Shown in pieces: positions 52,940-64,000 of a stretch of 64,000 bases of DNA. The stretch covers positions 45,756,001 to 45,820,000 of the forward strand of contig OZ241827.1 of assembly GCA_965202585.1 (NCBI GenBank). Direction: 5' to 3'. Numbering within the stretch: the first letter of the stretch is position 1; each line of letters starts with the position of its first letter. The position numbers were made by a program, and so were the translations under genes. The notes beneath the pieces were generated by a model. The model was not told where the DNA came from and made no database searches. It was given only the letters and a program-made list of their open reading frames with translations. Origin of the DNA: Thalia democratica (Eukaryota).

Positions 52940-53085
52940 TTATAACATTTTACATTCTTTCCTGTCTTTTTCAGGCTCAGTTGCCAGCGCAGCTCTTATT
53001 GCCTCATAAAACAACTTTTTTTAAGTTTTCTCAATTTTAAGCAGAACATTCAATGGATTTGATTGCTTGAATATTTCTTGTTATT
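52940..53085 (-). pseudogene. Rho-family small GTPase C-terminal pseudogene fragment
   Basis: ITRNIQAIKSIECSA**ENLKK(fs)LFYEAIRAALATEPEKDRKECKML*. Resembles ECSA..VF.EAIRA.L of Rac/Rho and ends in a CaaX box. Two stops and a frameshift. Confidence 0.6.
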
Positions 53086-56000
53086 TCTTCCACTTACTTC
53101 TTTTGTACTAAAATTAATGATAACGTAAAAAACAATTCAAATAGTTTGGATAAAAGAACAGAAGTTTATCTAAATACTTTTACTTTTCCTACTGCAGACT
53201 TATTTTTATACTAAGCTTATAATTAATTTCAAAGTATTCTAAAAACTTACTTTGTAGAAAATAAGTACTGATGGAATTGCACAGTGAGCCAGCGAATAGA
53301 AATATGGAAACTTCATGAAAATTAGCCAAGATTTTAGCGCATTTAGAGCTTCAAACCAATTTTGAAAATTCTATTTACAACATAAGTTTTGCCAGTTGGT
53401 GCGAGGCAATTTTCATGGATCATATTTTAGAGACTTTAAAAATAGAAAGTTAGCTATTAAAACATTTCTTTTAAACGTATTTTACTTAAAAGAAAAGTTA
53501 AAAGTTTTGTATAATAAATAGTTTTATTAATTTTTTAAAGAATTAAAAAAAAAGTAACTTTTGTACTTGCTTATGTCGGTGAATTGTCATAGATTGTAGT
53601 TTTTTTGCTAACAATTGAGGAATTTATATACTTTTTATAAACCATAGGTTTATTAGATTTTTATAAAGTTATGATACTGTTCAGGAGTAATCCGCAAAAA
53701 ATATATTTTTAGATATTTCTGGCCTACATATTCTTCAGAAATACCCTATAGAACTTACTTTTAAAAGTTCCAATTTCAGGAGAATTTCTGTTTAATCAGC
53801 TTATTATATATAACACAGGAGTCGGCAGGCATTTGTAAGTCGCGGGCGAAATTTTAAAAACAAAAAATTTCGCGGGCCGTAGTAGTTGCAGTTTTAACTT
53901 TTACTCTTCGTTTCAAACTCAAGAAAGTCTAGTGCATATTTAAAATTTCTCGTGAAATGTAAGTAAGACCTTTTTCTTTTACTCTTTGTTTCAAATCCCA
54001 GAAATCTAGGGTAAATTTTAAAATCTTCTTTGCAATTTGTTGACCTCTGATTCGACCCCTACTAAACATTTACAAGTTGTTACAAGTAACAACATGAAAG
54101 TTAAAAAAAAATTAGTTTAAACTTGCTTCATTTTCAGCATAAAAAAAACGTACTTTTTAAATCCAAAAACAGCATAAAGGAAAAACATTTTAGGAAGCGA
54201 CTACTTTAAGTTCAATAACTCTTGTTACAGTATTTATATATATTTTTAGACTTAGTTTGAAAAACTCAATTGATATAATAAAAGGCTACATTTGAAAAAT
54301 GTTCTTGAAAAGGATTATCAATACTGATTTGATACTAAACTTAACTCCCTATGTCAAGTACAGCGCAGTTCTAGCCAACGTTGAGTTATATGCATTATAT
54401 TTTTTGAGAGTTTTAAATATTCATATTTTATATAATCTAAAGCAGTATCCTTCAAAGTAATCGAAATCTATGCACACTAAACAGTAAAAAAGTATTCAGT
54501 GCACCCCAAGTTGGAATCTAATTATTTAAACTATGTTTTTTTTGATGAAATAAATTGTTTGTAGATTAGTAATAGATCTACTAACTGAAACTACCGCCCG
54601 CGAAAATCTTTATTTTTGAAATTTGGTCTTCCGATCTCAGAATTTGTTAATGCGTTTTTATAATAAATAATAAGTTTTGTTACTAAAATTAATCTTGTGT
54701 AAATTTAAGAAAACTTGCACAAAAGTTACTTAAATAATTAATAATTAAATTTATTTAAAAAAGTTTCTAAAATTAAGTACTTATGACGTAAACCTGAGGC
54801 AGTTAGAGTCTGTTACTTTTTGTTATAGTATGTTGTTTTATTTAAAACATAATTTTTAAAATGGTATTTGAACCAAAAAAAACTTAAACTAAAAGGTCAA
54901 GTAGTGAATTTTTACCAAGTTCAAGATAAAGATATGGAAAAAAAAAACCAAAGTAAGTATTTTGCTTAATATATATTAGTTTAAATGCTTCTTTTGATAT
55001 ATTTTGTTTACATTAAATGAACACTTTTTTGAAAAAGCAAAGAGATTTTTAGCTTTTCAAAGCAAATTCTAGTTTAGCTTTGTACTTTTTACCAATCTAA
55101 ACAATTCTATTTGGAGTTTTTTGAGTTTATATAGCCTTATACACAATATAGATAGTTTAAATAAAAGTTTGAAAGTAAAATAAAAAACAGTAGGAAATTT
55201 GTGTGCGACAAAAGTGTTTGAAAAATTCTAGTTGTGCTGAAAATTATAGTAAAGATTGTTTATCACAAAGGTTGTAATGAGTTTAAGTTAAATAAACTAA
55301 AATTAACGATGAGTTAGTATTAAAAAATTTAACAAAACTAGTTTATTTAATTCTATTACATTTTTTGTGTTTAATTTTTCGGAAATACAGACATAAAAGA
55401 CATACAGACATTATTACATAAAAACTGCATAAGCTCAAGTTTAAGTATAAAGTTTTCAGATAACTTATGTCTTAAAAATATCTTAAACAAATAACTAGTG
55501 TGTAACATTATTAATATAAAGTTTTAACGAGATATCGTAGTTTTTATAATTTAACTATTAAAAATATTTAAATTGTATAAATTTGTAAATGATCAGCACT
55601 TTTCAAAATAGATTTAAATAACATTTAATATCTGGATCTGTAAAACTTTGATCATTTTTATATGATACTCACTACAAATATTGGTTAGTTAACGTTAACA
55701 AAACTATTCTCCATATCATTTAATTTACAATATGTTTTTAGGTAAAAGTTATTATTTTTCATTTTTTTACAAAGTTGTAATGTTAAATAGAGATAATTGT
55801 ATTTCAAGTATATTATAAGCTCCTTCATACTAAAGTGTTAAGATAAAGTTAATATAATGAATAAAAAGAAGCTTACAGAATATTTGTTAAAAAGAAAATA
55901 AACCAAGAAATATTATACAAAAGTTTTGACAAGACTTTGTTGAGTTCATTGGTAATTCTAAACTTACTGACGAAAATAGATTATACACCTTGAAAAAATA

Positions 56001-59000
56001 ATAATAAAAGATAAAGTAAGGGAAAAGCAAAAGTTTGTTGCTCTTGCTATGTATAAAAAGAGAATTACAGAAAAGGATTGTTAAATAAACTGAATTACAA
56101 ACTTGTGAAGATTTTGTATTTATTTAAAACTATTTAAAGTTTTGGTTCATACGAAGTATTGGACTTACTTCCAGCTTGAAAAATAATTTGAGCAACATTT
56201 TGTACTCACGAAGCTTTTATATGATTGGAAAGGTTGAAAGTTTTAGTACTGAAAGGACAACAAAATTAAAACTGAAACGTTTAATACTCTGAAAAAAGAA
56301 GTATGTATTACGAAATTATCTTAAAGCTTATTCAAGCAAAAAAAAAACGATGACGTTTAAAAAATAGAAAATTATAGTTAGTTATTGTATTTTCGAGCTA
56401 CAACGTTTTTTGTTTAAATACTTTTAGATTAAATAAGTATAAATGTTTTTTTATCCACTATATAAGTTTTAGACATTTTAACTTTATGAAGCTTTAGTTT
56501 TTTTTATCTTTTTAAGTCTTGCCTACCAAACTCAAAATAATTAAATTTTACAAATAGTTAACGGAATAAAAAAAATAATTTACGGAATAAAAAATTCAAA
56601 ACAACACAAGATATAGAAATTAAATTTATATAGAAGGTGAAACCTTACTTGTTGAAACACAACAAAGTTAGTTATTTTATTAATTTCTTCTTTGTTTAAG
56701 TTTTAAACAAGCCATTTTTACAACAATTGTAATGATTTTTTTTTCTAGAAGTTTTTTTTTGTTATTTTGTACTACAATCTTTTTTTTTTAACAGTTGTAC
56801 TTTTTTATAATATTGTAGATATAAATTTATCAATGACACTTGAATTTCAAAGCTTAAACATGTATTAAGTTAGAAATACTATCTAAGTCAATCATTTTTC
56901 ATGAAACTTTTCTTTGAACTATTATTTATTTTTTTAGTATTATTTATTAAACGACAAACAATACGCTTAAAAAGTTTGGTCCGAGGACCTGGTGTACGAA
57001 AAAACCTTTTAGTTATCGAGTCGTATACAAGAACAGTTTAATGTAATGTCCAGTACAAGTAATTCAGTTTTTTTTTCACTTTCTTACAAAGTTATAATGT
57101 TAATAACAGATGTAATGCATTTTAAGAGCATTATAAGCTCCTAATTTCTCACAATTACTAAAACATTGAATAAAAGTAGTAATGAGTAAAAAAAAGTTTA
57201 CATGAAATTTATCAAAAAGAAAACAAACGAAAATAAAACTTAATAAAGTTTAAACGAGACTTTAAATAGTACTTTTATAGTTATAGAATTACTAAAAAAT
57301 TAAACTATTTAAATTAAAAATGTGAGAAAGCTAAAGAAAATAGAAAAAGCAAAATTTGTTGTACTTACAAAAAAAAGATCCGACATACATTGGTGGAAGA
57401 ATGTAATTTACAAATAAGTAAAGATTCTGTGTTGATGTGATAGTATTTAGAGATTTTGATTTTGAACAAATGTTCGAACTGTCTGAAATATATATTTGGA
57501 AAAAAATCAAGCTTTTTAAAGTTTGAAAACTTAAAAAATTACAACTGAATGGTTCCTAGTTAAGAAAAAAAAGTGGATAGGTTAAATATTTAAAAAGAAT
57601 TCGAAAAAACGCACTAATCTAAAGCCTGTTCACGCAAAATACAAAATAAATTATACTGATTGAAAAAAAATTACAGAAAAGCCAGAAAAAAGTCAATTAT
57701 TGTATTGCATATCAAAAATTTTCGTAGAAACACTATAAGATTAAAGAGGTAGAGTTTATAACTTATTTTTATCCATATATTGTTTATTGAACGACAAAAA
57801 AACCGCTAAAAACAGTTAATCTTAAGAACTTGTGCAGGAAATTCCTTTCGGTTATCGAGTCGTTCACCACTTGGATACAGTTAAACCTCTTGTCCAGGAC
57901 ATAATGTAACTCTAAAAGCATCTTAACTTTATGAATGTTAAGTTTTTGTTTACGCATATCAAGCCTACCACTCTGTTTACAGAATTATTTTGTAATTGCA
58001 GTACTCAAAGAAAAAGTCAAAGAACATGAAAAATATGCTTATTGGAAATAATAACTTCTAAATGAAAAAAACTAACTATTTAAAAATGAACGACGAAACC
58101 GATATTTTTGAGAACTCAAAACAAAGTTAGTTTTTTAATACTCCTTTTTAAATTTATTATGTTTTTTTTTAACTTTAAACAAGCAAGTTGTTTATGTTTG
58201 CGTTCATTTTTTTGCTATAAGTTTGTTTTGTTACTGCTTTGTATCTACAATACTTAAACTTTTCTTTCATTTAATATCTAACTGTCGAATTTGTGCATAA
58301 TTAATTAAAGAGTTATTCTATTTTAATTTCAGGTTTTTAAGGCTTTTGAATCTAAAAGCTTGTTCAAGTTAAAATATATAAAAACTTTTGTTAAACTTTA
58401 ATCCTGGATAACTAAAGTTCCACTAACTCTTAAAAACGATCTAAATTTTTTTAATTTTAACAATTTTTAGATGAAAAATTTTGTATTTATAAGATACAAA
58501 TTGGTTTCTAGTGGTATATTAGTATATATAAAGTATGTATGTAAGGTACTTTTTAAATTTTTTCTTACCATTGATCAATACTGTTCATTAGCAAAATTTT
58601 TAGTTATAAACTATTAGATTTTAACTTTGAATTTTTTTTGTAATCACGTAATAAAGTATAAACTGTCTAAAAAAGTTATAACTTCGTGGTTCTCTGTATT
58701 GGTAGAGTTGTTTTTGAGTTTACCTTACTAAGAACAAGCCGAAAACTTATTATTTTAATAATAAATAACTAATATTTTAATAAAATTCCTGACCCCTTCT
58801 ATATAATTTTCGTGCTTCCTTAAAGTTTCGTTAACTCCAAAATGAATTTCGTGCCCACGGGTGCACACCGTAATGGCCACTGGTATAAAGTTTATACTCA
58901 CTTGGAACAAATCTACCTACTAATAAAAAATATTTACTTTTTAGCTCTAATATATTAAAAACAATTAAAATACTGCAAACTTGTATATTTTTATATTTAC

Positions 59001-59501
59001 ATAACAAAAAAATCCAGTAACATACATTTACTTATAATTTTTAGCCTTTACGATTCCTTAAACCGTTATACCTATTTATCACAGAAAATCTTCGTTAGTT
59101 GAAGATGTAATAGTAGTAGTGTATTTTTATATGCTACAGCTATGATAAATACATGAATTTGTTTAATTAATTAATAGTTTTCTAAACTTGCAGTTTATCC
59201 TAAATGCATATGCTGTACATCTTCTCTAGTTTATCTAATTTCAAGATCATGGTCTATTTTTAAAATGCTGAGAATGAATCATTTTACAAATAAGAAGAAT
59301 TACTAATATAACCTAAAATGAGAAATTTTCGTTTATTCATACTATAAAAATACATACTGCAAAAGTATATGTCGACATTTCTCTCAGAAGTACAATTGTT
59401 TAAAAAAAAAGAATATTTGAAAATTTAATAGAAAGCATTTTCCTTGAAGTATGCGAAAAGTTTTTTAAGACAGTTGTACCAAATTCCATAAGGCAACTTG
59501 G

Positions 59502-62500
59502 TTATATGCTCCAACCCTGAAAATAATTAATTTTTTACCGTTATTTAAAAATTGTATAAAAGTTTTATAGTTTTTAGAAAATGTTTAATGAAACACTCTA
59601 AAATATAAAATTGATATTTTCTGTTTTTCTTTTACAATATTTTAAAAATATTTAAATTACTAATTTAATAAAGTTTTAAAATAGTTGTTACTATCAAGTT
59701 AAATAAAATCTTCTTAACCGTGTAATAACATTGCGACACTAAAATAAAATAAAAGTTAACATAAACTTTTATTGCAGTATAAATTAGTTTTCATAAAAAA
59801 CCTACTGCAATATTTTGTTATATAGAAATAAAAGTACTTGAAACTTCAAACAGTAATCACACAAAAAAATCAAAAAAAAATTCTAAAATACAAATCACAA
59901 TTACAAGCATATTGTTCATTAGCATTATTTTTAAAATTATCTTTTTCCCTAACGCTGAATATAAACTGGTTATATAACTTGTAAAAACATTTTTACGTAT
60001 ACTGGTTCTTAACAAATATATATAAACATCTTAAAATCGTTTAGTTATTAAACTATTTGTAAAACACAACGAGATATATATTTAAAGCTTGATTTCGTTA
60101 AGCATTTCTTAATATTTTTTAAACAACTAAAAGAACATATTCATAGTTACTTCATACAAAAATTGATCAGTGAAATTTAAAGCTAAAAAATTCGAGTTTT
60201 TTTTTTGTTTTAGTTGATAAAGTTTTTTTAATAAAGTATTTTTAAGCTCCTTATAAATTTAAAGATACCTGAAAAAACCCAGTGAACGAGACGGGCTCCT
60301 TGCCTTGGTTCACGCGAATTATGGAAGTGTTCTCTGCATTTCGCTGGGTATTGTCTAGATTAATGTATTTCACAGCTAATTCAACTGCTTTTTCACGTTC
60401 ATTTGTACTTGCCTTGCTTCCTATAATGAATGAATTATTAGAATAACTATTGGATTTTTATTAAAGAAATACTTATATAAGTTAAACAATTAACTTAGAA
60501 TACTAAAATACTTAGATTTAGGCTTTTGTTTTCCAAAAATAATGGAAAGTTTAACAAAGTCTTTTAAAGTTTTTAATTGTGTTCTTCTAAAGCGTAGAAG
60601 GTTATTTAATTAATAAAACTTTTATAAAAACTTTTTTTTTTTTTTTTTGTTGAAAAACAAATTAAGTTGTTCTAAATTTTCGTTGTTGTGTTACTGTTCG
60701 TTTTGAAAATGAGCAAAGTTAGATAGACTTTTTTAAGCCTGAAACGTAAGTGTGAAATAGAAGCTATTTAAAAACTGTCATCTACTAAAGAGTTGTTTTT
60801 CTATGCTATAAATCTGATAAAATTAACAGTTATTGATAAACTTAATTTAATACTAACAGAGGCTATATAGTAAAAGTGTCTAATGTTATAACAAATATAC
60901 ACATAGTTAGCTAGTCAACTTTGTACAGATTTTTCTTTAAGTTTGTTAAATATGCACAGCATTTTTTGCGTAACAGTTTTAAATCTAAGAAACTATTTTT
61001 CAGCTGTATAATAGTAAATGAGTAATAAAGATAAAAAAGACATAGTTAAACTTCTTAATACGAGATAGAAAATTATTTTTGCATATAAATTTTATCATTG
61101 TACTGAGTTGTCTAACTTATAATAATTATATCAATTGCTATAGAGAGCAAAATTAGAGCACACTAAAACTATTTTCATAATTAAAACCAAATAATATCCT
61201 ATAAATGAAACAAATATATTTTTCACTGGTCCGTAATTTGGATAATATAAAATTCTACTAAGTAAAACAGAACTATAACTCCTTAATATTAAAATTCAAA
61301 TAAGATTATACCCAGTTTTATTTGCTTTAACAACTTAAACTATTTTTGTTATTATCTATAGCTCGAAGATATCCTTTATTTAAACAATTTACGACTAGAG
61401 GACCTGATCCAGCCCATCAAACAGAACCTTGGCTGCAACGTATTTTTTAGATAAAAACAAATAATTTTCAACTTTTTATAAGAAATATTTTCAAATGTGC
61501 TCTTAACATGATCTTCATCAAAAAGTAGTACTTACTCAATGATAATCTTATTACAATTTTTAAAGAGTTTTAAAAGTTGTTGTAGTATAGTTTTTAAAAA
61601 TTTCGCTGTTCATGATGGAATTTTAATAAATCTGGCCTGCTGATTACAAAAGCTTTAAACCTCTATAGGTAATTCGAACACAACAAATAAATATTCTTGA
61701 ATGTGATTATCAAAGCAAAAATCTATGTTGTCCTTTTAATAAACTAGAGTTAGAAAATATCTTAAATTAATACCAAAAATTAAAACTAAAGCTGTTTTTA
61801 AAGAGACTTTAATATTATTACGTTTTTTTATTTTTATAAACATCTAGTTACTAGTAGACGGACGTTCAGCAAACTTTAAAAGTATTGTATCTCAACATAT
61901 TCTACACATAAAAACTAATTATTGCTTAAACACCAAGTTTCATAAAATATACTCTTAAAAGTTTTAAAAATACTCATACTAAAATAAAAAATCCATTTTT
62001 AAATAGATTTTTATAAATTTTTGACAATTTTTTGTAAGTTATTCGATATTATATTCAAAGTGTTTACATAAAATAATATTCAGATTTTTCAAAGACAAAT
62101 TAGATATAAAAATCTGTTGATGTTTTAATTATACAGTATTTTTTTCATACTCTAATTTTCAATAAAATTACTCCTTTATTTTTACTAACACCTTTGTTTG
62201 TTTATCAATCACATCTTTTACTTAAAAAAAAATACGAATAAATTTTTATGTAAAAAGTAAAATATAAATTTATTTTATTCTAAGAGATATGAAGTCTAGT
62301 TACAATACAACATAACTAAGTATAGAGTTAGACGTCTTTGGCTTCATGTATTGATTAATATTTTTACATCTAAAAAAACTTAACGTACCTAGTAGTTCGA
62401 GTTTGCATACTTCAACTTGTTTAGCAGTGTTGTTCGATTAGTAAAATATTATTTTAAAAAGTTCGTTTATTTTTTTTACAACAAACCTATCCACACATAT

Positions 62501-63935
62501 ACTGCTGACCAGCAGTCGAGCAGCATGACATTGTCTTCATTCAGATCTGATTTCGTCCAATCCCCGACAACTTCCTCCACTGTAAAGTTTCCTGATGCAT
62601 CGCAGCATTCAAACAAACGAAGTGATCCTTCTTCCTGTTTTCAAACTTTTTTTTAATATATGAAGTTTATGATTTTATTCTTAATTTATTATTAATATCT
62701 AAAAATAGAAAAATAAAGTAATATGTGAAAGCTATTATTTTTAAACACTACGTCATAATTCAAATATAAAACTTTCTACTTTTAAATATCAATATTGTGC
62801 AAAAAATTAATAAGTTTACTAAATTTAGTTTAAAAATTTAAATTATAAAGTTTTGTTTAATTAAGTAAAAAAGTATACATTTTAAAGATATTTTTACTGA
62901 TATATTTTTGAGGAAAATTAAAAATATTCTACTATATTAACATGGTTTCAATATTTAACAGTTGTTTATAAAATAATAAACAAACTTCAGACAAAGGAGT
63001 GTCAAAATATTCTTTTTTTCCTCCCAAAGTATCCCAGAATGCATCGTCTTCACTGCCTTCTTCCACAACAGTGTAGTCAGATTTTCCCATCTTTTCACAC
63101 ATTTTCTCACACCAATTCTTTTCTGCATCACACGCCCCTGATAAAATGTTGACTGAACAAATTTTTAATTTAGAATATATTAAGTTTGCTTTGTTAAAAT
63201 TTACTTTTCCTACCTAGAAAAATACTTGGAAGTTCAATTAAGCTTTAAAACCAAGGCTTCAGCAAAATTTTAATTAATACAGGGCATCCTCACTCATCCG
63301 TAGTATTATAGAGATTAGCAAACCTTTTCCTATCCAGCAAGTAGTTTGATCATTAGCAATCAATATGAAAGTGTCATTGGAGTTAAGATTAGAAGAATCT
63401 ACACTAACTTCAATCATCCTGCACATTCCTAGAACTCCTTGCTTTACATGAATTAGTCTGTGTTTCAAACTAGTTTTCAAATATCTCTATTTTTTAGATT
63501 TATACCTTATTAAAAATTGATGTATTTAGTTTTTAAAAGCAAAAACGAAAAAAGAAAAAAAATTAAATAAAAAAATATTTTGTTAAATAAATAGACTGAC
63601 AGAAATTAAATTTTTTAAATATTAATTACGATAAAACTACTAAAAAACATTTTTATTTGTTTTATTAAAACTATATTTTCACGATATTAAAAACTGATGA
63701 GTGTGGCAACAAGTACTATTGTTTAGTTTCTTTGATATAAATCAAATATATTACGATCTAATGTTGTAAACTAAAAACAGTGTTTTTTTTTTAATCTAAA
63801 AAACTAATCAAACCTAATTGCGTTCGGTTCTGATTGCCCTCCTTCACGCGAGGTACCTCCCATGAGTATCATTAGTGGTGTTTTCCCGAACACAAGCATG
63901 AAGTGTGGTGGTTCATGACCTTGAGTGACTCTGAC
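59502..63935 (-). CDS. Gelsolin-family actin-severing protein (gelsolin/scinderin-like), 3' part, domains G4 end to G6; 5' part beyond the window
   Basis: Exons 63814-63935, 63324-63457, 62986-63137, 62487-62634, 60269-60420, 59502-59516, in phase. Motifs VRVTQGHEPPHF..GGTSREGGQ, LNSNDTF..WIGKG, EGSEDDAFWDTLGGK, LFEC..GNFTVEEV, VMLLDCW..YVWIG, VNQGKEPVSFTGFFQGW. Confidence 0.9.
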
Positions 63936-64000
63936 CTTTAAAAATTAGTTATAACTTTAAATGATCTTAGTTATCACATCAAATTTTCTAGTAGGGTTTA

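Noticed and set aside
55780-57500. Two diverged similar segments (about 55.8-56.3 kb and 57.1-57.5 kb)
   Set aside because: Best explained as old minus-strand LINE 3' fragments rather than a local functional duplication.
60260-60268. Donor GTATCTTT resembles a U12 minor-intron 5' site
   Set aside because: It mismatches RTATCCTT, and there is no CCTTAAC-type branch point near the 3' splice site.

Overview
Very AT-rich, transposon-dense animal genomic DNA (invertebrate-like; species not identifiable from sequence alone). Hand-splicing on GT-AG boundaries with matching phases gives four host genes, all on the minus strand: LRRC71 (11 coding exons), SRRM1/SRm160 (12 coding exons), an intronless TTC1 ending only 236 nt before the SRRM1 start codon, and the 3' half of a gelsolin-family gene. 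There is also a candidate orphan spliced gene (5.5-6.7 kb) and a dead Rho-GTPase fragment. Non-coding space holds a broken CR1/L2-group LINE, a Penelope-like RT fragment, a Tigger-like element and several MITE families, some nested. Best leads: an operon-like or shared-leader TTC1-SRRM1 pair, two stop-introducing alternative acceptors in SRRM1, a recurrent structured LINE 3'-end RNA motif, a 15-bp minisatellite open on both strands inside a hAT element, and a hairpin made of two hammerhead-like halves. Gene names come from recalled protein similarity, not database searches. Exon models are unvalidated by transcripts.
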